NCBI GenBank assembly: GCA_951406725.2
Contig: OX597822.1
Coordinates: forward strand, 28,396,001-28,460,000
Direction: 5' to 3'
Source: Octopus vulgaris
Lineage: Eukaryota
Length of the DNA stretch: 64,000 nt
The position numbers and the translations under genes are program-made. Position 1 is the stretch's first letter. Each line of letters begins with the position of its first letter. A model generated the notes under the pieces. It was not told the origin of the DNA. It made no database searches and saw only the letters and a list, made by a program, of their open reading frames with translations. Below are positions 15,389 through 26,894 of the stretch, piece after piece.

Positions 15389-16680
15389 CGTTATATGTTT
15401 GAATTTTGCATTGCATTTGTACAAATTGACTCCAAGTCTCACCCAGAGACCTCAAAAGACAAGTTAGAAGTTCATGTTGGTGTTATGCCTAGGGTGTCAT
15501 ATATTTGGTTTTGTACATAGTATTGTTCTAAAGAATGTTTAAGAAAATATGAGAAAATTATAACTTTATTTTGAAATTTGAGATTACATAGACAGTATTT
15601 TTACGTAGGATATGGGCAGTTCCCATGAGCACTATCTTTTGAATTTCTGCCATTTTGGGGTTTCCTGATATCTGAGCTAGGTAAGAATCAGCACTTTTTG
15701 CTATCATTCCTAGGACACCTATGACAACAGGTATTACTTTAGTCTTGAGGTTCCACCTTTAGCCAATTTCTATTTCAAGATCTTTATACTTGCTCAGTTT
15801 TTGGGAGGTCTTGGCAGATACATTCATGTCGATTGGGAGTCAATCAATGTGGAAGCAGGTATTTCAATATAATGTCTGGCCTATTCGAATTTATCTTTCT
15901 GTTAGTTTGAATGGTGAAGTTCCAGAGGAGTGAGATGTGACCATTTTCAAGCATTGGAGGTGGTTTGTATACCCACCAGTTTTTATTATGGGGCAGGTCC
16001 AGGTTTTTCAAATTACCCAGTGAATATATTGTGCTTCTCAATTATACCTGTTGAGATACTCTGTAGGCGAAAGATGACTGCACATGGAGACAACGTGATC
16101 GATGGTTTCATTTTGTTGTTGACATACATGACATGTTGGGCATCTGCCGTTCTTTAATATATTGACCTGGTAGTTTCTTGTTGGTAGGCATTGATCCTGG
16201 GCTGCTATGATAAACCCTACTGTTTCTGATTTTAAACCAGAAGACACTAACCATTCATTGATGGGTAAGGGCTTTGTCAAGATCGGTATTATTAGTTCTC
16301 TTTGGGTATTTGCCACTGAGAGGTTGTTTCCTTTTTGCCATTCATCAGTAAGAATATCCAAGGCAGCAGTTTTAGAACGGGTTTTCATGCGCTTAGCTTT
16401 TCCTGTGCTTGTTTCCTGTACATCTAATTCTGGAATTTGTTGTATTTGGAATTCATTTAGATATTCTTTTGCCTGCTTTGTTACTGAGTGTGATGTTTTC
16501 TTGTTTTCAGGCTTTGAGACAAGTTTTAACATCCATTCATCATATAGGTGTCTAGGCCTATTGTGGCAATCTTCATTGTTAATTCAAGTTGTAAAGATCA
16601 ACGGCCATCCTCTTTCCTTGGCGGGTAAAGTCGTTCTATATCTGCCTTAGGATGGTGCGTTATGTGCATTGTTAACCATT
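15389..16680 (-). mobile_element. R4/Dong-type retrotransposon, decayed copy D (related to copy C)
   Basis: Frameshifted pieces GFIIAAQDQCLPTRNYQ, CHVC..ETIDHVVSMC, NRPDII; 3' UTR shares CTCCAAGTCTCACCCAGAGACCTCAA with copy C. Confidence 0.9.
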
Positions 16681-16716
16681 TTTTTTCATTTTTTAAAAAT
16701 TATCATTATTATTATT

Positions 16717-17552
16717 CAGTAGTTTTATTTTTATAGCGTGCTTTCACTTCACTACCGAGCGCAGCTCTGTGTGCCTTGGGTATGTGCTGTGATTTGTTGT
16801 GATGCTCTGATGGTTATTGTATGGAAAGTGTTCTGCGTAGGATGTGTATAGTGCCTAGTAGTGCAATTTTCTGTATGTTATATGTGTTTGTAAGTCCTGG
16901 TGTTTTTGTTATGTATTTGTCTGAATATTTTTTATCATGCCTAATGCACCTACTATGATAGGGATTGTTTCTGTTTTTAGATTCCACATTCTGGTTACCT
17001 CTATTTCCAGGTCTTTGTATTTTGAAAGTTTCTCCATTTCTTTTAGAGATACGTTGTCATCTGCCGGTATTGATACATCAATTAGAAAGCATTTTTTTCC
17101 TTCATGATCTCTGACAACTATATCTGGTCTGTTGGCCTTAATTTCTCTGTCTGTGTGTATCGGCATATCCCAGAGTATGATTGCTTTCTCGTTTTCTGTG
17201 ACCTTTTCTGGTGTGTGCCTATACCATCTTTTTTCTGTTGTTATTCTATAATGTTGGCATAGCTTCCAATATATGTAGGTTCCAACTCTGTCATGTCTAT
17301 GAATATATTCCTTCTTAGCTAGGACTGGGCAGCCAGAGATAATATGATTTATTGTTTCTTGTCCATCTCCACATATTCTGCAGTTACTTGTTATATTTCT
17401 TTTCATTACATGTTTTTGGTAATTTCTGGTGGGGAGGCTTTGGTCTTGTGCTGCAATTAAAAATCCCTCTGCCTCTGCTTTGAGTCCTGAGCTTCTCAAG
17501 CATTGCTGGGATTTTTCTTTGTCTATTTCTTGTGCATTTAGTTTTATCATGG
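16717..17552 (-). mobile_element. R4/Dong-type retrotransposon, short 3' fragment E (distinct subfamily)
   Basis: EGFLIAAQDQ, CRIC..ETINHIISGC, ANRPDIVV..LIDVSIP..KY; frameshift near 16925, natural stop near 16814; 5' end abuts (AAG)n/(TAA)n. Confidence 0.9.
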
Positions 17553-17576
17553 TTCTTCTTCTTCTTCTTCTTCTTC

Positions 17577-17623
<47 letters not shown>

Positions 17624-17792
17624 ATTATTATTATTATTATTATCATTATATACGTAAATCTAAGTAATAAACCTGACTTTATTTTTCAATGCAAAACATC
17701 GAAATTACACACTATAGATATAAATATATTTGCAAACGCATGAACTCATAGGCACACATACGCACGAACACACACACCCATATATATATGCA

Positions 17793-17836
<44 letters not shown>

Positions 17837-18874
17837 TTTAAATTTTCATAGAATCTTTTTTCTTCCCTCTGGCACCTTAAGAAAAAGAAAAAAAGGAAAA
17901 TACGAAAGAAAAGTGAAACAAACAAAAATACTCTAAACGATGACCGCACTTCATCTTAGAACTGAATTCTTGGAGAGGTCACCATCTTTGAACTCATTTC
18001 AGTAGAATGGTAAATGACTAAATAGATAAATGAATGAATGGAAGTCAAAATTGAAGGGGGTCCCTCCCTTCCCTTCTCTCTACCTCTCTTTCTGCCCGTC
18101 TATCTGTCTGTCTGTCTATCTATCTATCTAATAATAATGACTAAATAAAGAATCTTTTTTCCAAAATTCTGGCGACCTCCTCTTTTCTCTCTCCCTCTCT
18201 CTCTCTCTCTTTTTCTCTCTCTCTCTCTCTCTCTCTCAATATATATATATATATATTTTGAAGGCCACGCCTCCTCTTCCAAGTAAATTTTATTTTAATT
18301 CTTATGCGTACTCTATACGATCTTTTTACTCTTTCGTTTTTCTCTCTTTTTCTCTCTCTTATTCTTTTACCTCCTCTTCTCCCACTATTCTATCCTATTA
18401 CACTGTCAATCTCTTTCCATTACTCCTCCTCCCTTGCTCACGTGGCTCCCACGTGACCGTCTACTATCTTTCTTTCTCTCCGTTTTAGCTGGAACAAGGA
18501 AGGCATGTTCTTGTTTGTCTCCTGTCCTAGCTTGATTTACGCGTTTGCTACCACAACTTCGTTTAGGCTTAGCAGTTCTTCCTGTTTGCTTTCACTGTCC
18601 TGTTTATGTTACCTATTTTGACCCTCCGCAAAATCCCAAATTTTATTTAATTTGCTTTGCGGGAGCAACTATTTTATCGAAAGTGTATATTGTTGTTAAA
18701 TGCTCGAAATACGAGCCTAGAAAAACAGCCAACAACTGATGAAGGTTCGTTCTTTATGTTTGTTTTGTTTTCAATTTGTGTTTTTCGTTGTTCGGAAGAC
18801 TAGTTCATGTTCCATGTACTTGTGCTTCGAACATTTTGTTGTACACGTTTCGTGAAGTCTTGTGCCCACAAATG

Positions 18875-18963
<89 letters not shown>

Positions 18964-19016
18964 ATATATACGTATAGATGTATGTACATATACGTATGCA
19001 TATAATCATATATATA

Positions 19017-19080
<64 letters not shown>

Positions 19081-19919
19081 GTATATATACATATTTATTG
19101 TTTTGTCTGGAGAGACTCATTCTCTTTTTCTGCCTTAACACACGTTTCCACTCATTTACTTCTTTACTTTTTCTACTAGAAAACTGATACAGTGAGTGTA
19201 TTAAATAAGAAGGGACAAAAAGATAATGACTCTCCCCAGACACAACAGAATATACTTCAACACACGAACTCACATAAAGACTTTTGCAAACCAAATCCAA
19301 AATCGATATATATATCGTTTTATGATAGCATAACATGGTCCTTGATATATTCATAAATAATCTTAAATATTTATAACATATCCTTCGTAATGTTTTTACT
19401 TTACTCTCTATTTATTTATATTTTGCTAACTCATATCTGGTGATTTTGCCGTGGGTCGACGTTATTGGCCTTCTTACGTGGCATGGATAGAGATGGAAAC
19501 ATTTCTATTGCCGGCCGGGATTCATGCTATCCCCAAGGTAAAGTCTTGTTTTGATTTCTATCTATAGGAATATTTCCCCTGGCGAGGCGAATGTGTCCTT
19601 TAAATGGCCCCTAATGCGGAAATTGCAATAGGGAATAAACCAATTATTTTCAAGTTGTGTATTCTATTTGCCATGTCGCCCGAGGACAATGTTCATAGTG
19701 AGTAGAAATGATATGAGATTCCTAATGGCTTTATAGCGGTTTTGGCTGCTATTTTTAACATTTTCGATTGTGACTTGTTCGTAATTATAAACGCTTTTCT
19801 TCTTCATAATGATAGCATGTTTGGCCACTTTTATATTCATAAATAATCTTAGTTATATCCTTCGTGTAATGCTTTTATATTACAATCTAGTCGTATATAT
19901 ATATATATATATATATATA

Positions 19920-20234
19920 CTCTTTTACTCTTTTACTTGTTCTATCGGTCTATTTTGCCGAACCGCTAAGTAACGGGGGCATAAACACACCAGCATCAGT
20001 TGTCAAGCAATGCTAGGGGGACAAACACAGACACACAATCATGCACACACATATATATATATACATATATACAACGGGCTTCTTTCAGTTTCCGTCTACC
20101 AAATCCACTCACAAGGCTTTGGTCGGCCCGAGGCTATAGTAGAAAACACTTGCCCAAGGTGCCACGCAGTGGTACTGAACCCGGAACCATGTGGTTGGTA
20201 AACAAGCTACTTACCACACAGCTACTCCTGCGCC
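19920..20234 (-). mobile_element. SINE family 1 copy (internally deleted)
   Basis: Reverse complement of the family 1 head and body; CTCTTTTA-repeat tail. Confidence 0.8.
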
Positions 20235-20385
20235 TATATATGCATAATATTATATATATATGTGTGTATATGTGTTTATATAAAATATTCACACACACAC
20301 ACACACACACTCACTCGCACACATACGCACACACACATATGTACATATATATATATACATACATATACATGTATGTGTGCGTTTG

Positions 20386-20443
<58 letters not shown>

Positions 20444-20997
20444 TGTGTGTGTCTGTGTGTGTGTGTATTACATGTATGTATGTATACCTACACACAATCA
20501 TGCATACACTAGCAGATTCAGGCACACATGCATACAGATGCGCATCTATTGTAGCCTAGCCGTGCATTCTCATTATTCTGCACTTCCTTGATCTGGGTAA
20601 GATCGAATTTGCATAAAACAATTGGATCGCTGGTGTTTAAAATTAAATATCCAATGAAAATCATTGATTTATTATTCAGGACAAATACCTAAAGTGATAC
20701 GTAGATACATTTTATGTATGTATGTCTATATATAAATATATGAGTGTACGTGTGTGAGTGAGAATACTTACGTACATACAGACTTAAATACATACATACA
20801 TACATGCACACATACACACACACATCAATGGTAATTGGCGTGAAACTGCTATGATATTTTGCGTCTTTGACTAAAGAGGAAACCTCAGCTGCGAATATTC
20901 TGTGTTGTGTCGTTGTCTAATTTCCTGTTCGCATAGTAATCGTCTGCTCTGCTTTCGTTTAAATTTCCTCCTGGATGTAGTCTTTCTGTTCAACCCT

Positions 20998-21058
<61 letters not shown>

Positions 21059-21125
21059 CATACATATCCATACATATGTGTGTGTCGTGTTTTCCTTTCA
21101 TAAATATTTACAAAGGAAAATATGT

Positions 21126-21191
<66 letters not shown>

Positions 21192-21229
21192 ATGTATGTA
21201 TGTATGTATGTATGTATATGTATATGTGT

Positions 21230-21269
<40 letters not shown>

Positions 21270-21422
21270 CATATATATATATATATATACACCTATATAT
21301 ATATACTTATATATACATATATATATATATATGTGTGTGTGTGTATGCATATACATAAAATTTAAAGAAAACAAAGATAACCTTGATGAACAACAATTGA
21401 TTTACATCAATTATTATTTACC

Positions 21423-21712
21423 TTTTACTCTCTTTTTACTCTTTTACTTGCTTCAGTCATTTGACGGTGGCTATGCTGGAGCACCACCTTTAGTCGAACA
21501 AATCGCCCCCAGGACATATTATTTGTAAGCCTAGTACATATTCTAGCAGTCTCTTTTGCCGAACCGCTAATTTACGGGGACGTAAACACACCAGCATCAG
21601 TTGTCAAGCAATGTTGGTGGGGGGACAAACACAAACACACAAAAATACACACACACACAGACACACACACAGACACACACACACACACACACGCTGAAAG
21701 AAGCCCGTCGTA

Positions 21713-21776
<64 letters not shown>

Positions 21777-21941
21777 CATATATACGACGGGCTTCTTTCA
21801 GTTTCCGTCTACCAAATCCACTCACAAGGCTTTTGTCAGTCCGAGGCTGTAGTAGAAGACACTTGCCCAAGGTGCCATGCAGTGGGACTGAACCCGGAAC
21901 CATGTGGTTTGTAAGCAAGTTACTTACCACACAGCCACTCC
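21423..21941 (-). mobile_element. SINE family 1 copy with expanded central microsatellite
   Basis: Homology to 58825-59234 on both sides of a (CA)n/(TA)n core. Confidence 0.85.
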
Positions 21942-22180
21942 TTACCAATTATTATTTATAATTGAAGCAAATCAATTGTTATCCATCAATGACTTCTCCA
22001 ATTTCTGTTTTCTTTAAACTTTGACTCTTGATAAACTCCTCTTTATCCTTGTCCTAACCTATAATTTACGAGCATGACATTTTTGCCCATGTTCAAATAT
22101 AGGCAAGATTCTGGTAGTATTTGGGGTACTTTTATCCCTTAGACGGTTATTTTAACCTCTCACTCAACTAACCTTATATT

Positions 22181-22211
<31 letters not shown>

Positions 22212-22289
22212 GTGTTATGTGTGTGTGTGTGTGTGTGTGTGTGTGAGTATGTGTGTGTGCACGAAGGAATGCAGGCATCTGTAATAAAA

Positions 22290-23200
22290 GATAGCAATAC
22301 CTCAAGTTTGTGGTGTTAAATGGCGTTAAACAAGGATGCGTACGCGTTCCAGCACTGTTTCCCCTCTTTCTCGCTGCAGTGTTGGAAGTTGCTTTTGAAT
22401 GAGTTAGAGGGGACGCAACTACATCCAGGCGCTCAGCATGATACTATTCTGTTCAATGCTGCACAGTATAAAGTCACGATGCACACTGCATGGGTCCTAG
22501 TGCGTGAGATGCAGTTCGCTGATGATAGTGCGCTTGTTGCCTACAACACTGAAGATATACACAAACTAGTAGATGACTGCCAATGTTTCATAACAGTTCA
22601 GCTTAGAAATTAACATAAAAAATACCGAATGACTTTACTAACCCGTGGAGAACCTAAATGCTCTTGTAACAGAAGAAAACATCTCTATTGGACATGAAAT
22701 GCTGGTCCTGTGCAAAACATTCAAATACCTAAGCAACATTTCAGCTACTGCACGAATGCACCAGGAAATCACATACAGAATGAACAGAACCATTTCTTTA
22801 TTTGGCAGGTTAAATAAAGGTTGTGGAAAAATAGGTATGTTTCTTTACATGACAAATGTAAGGTATACCAGGCTATAGTGCTTTCTTCCTAGCTGTATGG
22901 AGCTCTAACCTGGACAGTCTATAAAGCTCAAGTTTGCAAGTTACATGCATATATGATAAGGCAGATACGACGAATTATGAATATTACTCTCTTTGACAAG
23001 TTCAGGAACGTAGAGATCCTACATCCTATAAAGGAAAACTTCATTTATAGAAACTCACCTTGGTTGAGTCACGTACAACAATAGAGTCCCGAGACAAATC
23101 CTTTACTCTCAGCTATGCAAAGGGAAAAGGAACCATGGAGGATCTAGACTAAGATTCAAAGATACTGCAAAAAGGAATATGAACTGGAAGGGAATCGATC
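22290..23200 (+). mobile_element. Decayed RTE-clade LINE fragment
   Basis: QGC..P.LF.LF, REMQFADDSALVA, FKYLS and LYG..TWT.Y remnants split by frameshifts and stops. Confidence 0.75.
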
Positions 23201-23289
23201 ACAATAAATGGCAAACTCAAACGATAAACCGATCAATATGGAGAAAAATTGTCGAATAGTACCATGCCCATGAAAAGTCATGGTCGCTA

Positions 23290-23612
23290 CGAAGGTGTAT
23301 AGCTTTGTGGTTAGGGTATTCTGATCACGATCGTAAGGTTGCGTGTTCGATTCGAAGCGACGCCTTGTGTCCAAACGCAAGACACTTTATTTTATGTTGC
23401 TAGTTCACTCAGCTGGCAAAAATGAGTAGTACCAGTATTTTAGAGGACCAGTCTTCTCACAATCTGTGTTACATTGAATCTCCCCGCGAACTGCGTTGAT
23501 CGTACGCGTGTCTGCGGAGTGCTCAGCCACCTACACGTAAGTTTTATGAGCAGGTTGTCCCTTTGATCGGATCAACTGAAACCCTCGTCGTCGTATGCGA
23601 CGGAATGCCAGC
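23290..23612 (+). mobile_element. tRNA-type SINE, family 3
   Basis: tRNA-like head (TGGTTAGGGTATT...GTTCGATTC) and body CACTCAGCTGGCAAAAATGAGTAG; second copy at 54525-54830 (-). Confidence 0.7.
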
Positions 23613-23639
23613 TCATATACATAGATAGATAGATATGAG

Positions 23640-24065
23640 TATGTATTTATGTATGTATGTATGTATGTATGTATGTATGTATGTATGTATGCACGCATGT
23701 ATGTATGTATGCATGCATGTATGTATGTATGTATGTATGTATGCATGTATGCATGTATGTATGTATTATGTATATATGTATGTATGTATGTATGCATGTA
23801 TGCATGTATGCATGTATGCATGTATGTATGTATGTATGCATGTATGCATGTATATATGTATGCATGCATGTATGCATATATGTATGCATGCATGTATGTA
23901 TGTATGCATGTATGCATGTACGTATGTATGTATGCATGTATGCATGTATGTATGTATGCATGTATGCATGTACGTATGTATGTATGCATGTATGCATGTA
24001 TGTATGTATGTATGTATGTATGCATGTATGCATGTATGTATGTATGTATGCATGCATATATGTAT
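23640..24065. repeat. (ATGT)n/(ATGC)n compound tetranucleotide repeat
   Basis: Directly visible. Confidence 0.95.
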
Positions 24066-24163
24066 GTGCTTGCAAACTAGGTTACTTGAAAAATTTCTTT
24101 GTGACATACTTCAACTTCTAAAGGCAGATACCGTAGAGAAAATATTCTCTCATGATAAAGCAC

Positions 24164-24217
<54 letters not shown>

Positions 24218-24538
24218 TGTATGTGTGTACATATATATATCTTTTTCATTACGATTAATATAATACCCTAAACTGGATTGGAGGTCATCCTCGAATTTAC
24301 AAATTGTACCTAGCACATGAAGAGAACAGCATATACATCTTTTGATAACAACTAGAGAATTTCGTTCGACTAGGAATATTGGGTCCCGGTTTCCCTTCAA
24401 AGATGTGTGTGTGTGTGTGTGTGTGTGTTTATGTGTATATACAGAAACTCAAACAGACACAGACACATACATATACATATAATATATATAATGTGTATAT
24501 ATATATAATGTGTATATATATGTATGTATATATATATA

Positions 24539-24614
<76 letters not shown>

Positions 24615-24662
24615 GTGGTGCTCAGCATGGCCACAGTCAAATGACTGAAACAAGTAAAAAGA

Positions 24663-24714
<52 letters not shown>

Positions 24715-24859
24715 CTAATGTAGGATAAATTTTTTTCGAAAAAAAAAATTATCTATGGCCAACATATCAAAAAATACCTTTAAAGGTTAAATTTATAAAT
24801 TACTTATAAAATAAGAGCAAAAGAAAAACTGTAATGCCAAATATGCCCTTATTTTATAA

Positions 24860-24972
<113 letters not shown>

Positions 24973-24983
24973 CATATACATAT

Positions 24984-25024
<41 letters not shown>

Positions 25025-25071
25025 AGTGTGTGCGTGTGTGTGTGTGTATGTATATATATATATATATATAT

Positions 25072-25160
<89 letters not shown>

Positions 25161-25649
25161 GATATAAATATATTATAAAGGAGGAGGCCGGCTGTGTAAA
25201 GACTCCTGTATTTTATACGTATCCCAATCTGCAGTGCGAATCAGAGAATAGTACTCTTTATACATAAATCTAGGCTTCTTCCTTATTCTGTTGGACGAAT
25301 ATTGCTAAGACTTATTGAGCTATTTTGGAGTTCGTTCTGTAGAGCGTGATAGAGAAAGAGAGAGGAAGACAGACAGGCACACAGACAGATTTCCGGTTCA
25401 AGCCATATGATATGTTTACACATCATGACTGAAATTAGGTTTCTTAAATATATTAAAAATTATGTAAACTGACGCTTAATATCAACACATTAGTTCTAAA
25501 GGATCCAAAGTATAGATGGATGTGTGTGTGTGTGTGTAAATGAATGTACAAATTTAAAGGAGATAAACCCCACTCAACCTGCGCTTTGCATTAGTGGAAC
25601 ACCGAGGACGCACGTATATTTCACCGAACGAAAGGTTACATCCGCAGCC

Positions 25650-26030
25650 TGTTAAACTGGTTTCACATGCAATGGCTAGTCCTTCGTGTTTTCTTAAGTT
25701 GTTTAGGTTCCAAACCTATCTTCATTCGGGAACAATGGTTTGGATCCGATGGTCTTACTCAAAAACTGTGTCCGCTGACTTCAATAGGCAATGAGGCCTC
25801 TTTCCATCTTTGACAAGATCCTCATCAACCAAAATTTATTCATTTCATTTGGAATATCAAATCTGATCTGCCTGGGCATTGTACGTTCAGTCACGGGTAT
25901 TCGTTGTGCAGTCCTGGACTGCAAGATGTCTGGCCGCAGCGGTGTTAGTGCCCTGTCTTCGGGAAAGGCGAGTCCCTGTTTCAGTTTCACTTGCATCTCC
26001 CAGTCTAGAGCTTCGTGGAAAATAGGAACC
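25650..26030 (-). mobile_element. Old RLE-type (Hero/NeSL-like) LINE endonuclease remnant; duplicated at ~39150-39550
   Basis: DWEMQVKLKQGLAFPEDRALTPLRPDIL resembles the DW...L.FP.....LRPDI segment of RLE endonucleases; nucleotide homology to the region upstream of GPCR 3. Confidence 0.5.
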
Positions 26031-26675
26031 AAGTATTCTAAATTGTCTAATAATCCTTATAAAATGGTCTAATAATCATTACTTAAGAGTAACACACGTG
26101 ATGCTTTTTTACTGATATTTTCAGTCATTTTTAAGAGATATTTTTTAGAAATAATACATCAAAATACTCGACAGTTAATAGTTTTCTCCGTTATAGTGGC
26201 GAGTTAACCCTGCCTACGATAACGAGCTTCAAATTAATGGTTTTCTTTATATTACTATTGGTAACGAGAAGCATATCGATATAGGTAATGAGAAAGAACT
26301 CCTTAAACCTTTCAATAGGCGGATTGTTGCCCTAATAATTCTACCGTTTGGTATCCCAACGTTATATATTCCTAAATATAAAGCTTAGTTATTATAGTCT
26401 AGATATCAATGAAAGTAAAGCCTAATATTGAAGAGGATTTCTTACCAATACTTCTTTAGGCATATAAGTAATGATTTAGATTTATTGAACAGATAACATT
26501 TTAGAAATATAGTTAATATGGCAGTATGTAATAAGAAAATTGACATCGATATATATCAAAAACCTCTTTAAACACATACCTGATGTTCAGGATATTCGCA
26601 TGGAGCAAGTCATTACACTATTCATATTAATACTTAGAACATATCTTTATATAATATTATACTCTAGCAGAATAC

Positions 26676-26700
26676 ATTTTTTTTCTTTATCTCCAGGTAT
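26676..26700 (+). promoter_or_regulatory. Putative 3' splice acceptor of a 5'-UTR intron, GPCR 1 (AG at 26695-26696)
   Basis: TTTTTTTTCTTTATCTCCAG|GTATAC; same motif before paralogues 2-4. Confidence 0.65.
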
Positions 26701-26894
26701 ACAAAACTTCAACTCCAATTCTTCAAAGTTTCAGTTTTCAATAAATTCCGCATTGTCCTCAACGTCAATCTAAAGTGGAAGCGAAATTTAATTATGATTA
26801 TCAGCATTTCTCACGGACTAATCTATCGAAGACAAGTTAGGATATAATTACCAGAAATTTCTTTTTTTTTTTTTTTTTTTTTCCACTAGACAAA

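Noticed and set aside
18700-18760. CTGATGAAGG motif in a repeat related to 59650-59740; also partial motifs near 4100, 8600 and 29290
   Set aside because: Could not place core, stem II and GAAA in register; insufficient for a hammerhead call.
23290-23365. tRNA-like sequences at SINE heads
   Set aside because: Degenerate, no complete cloverleaf, continuous with SINE bodies; not called as tRNA genes.
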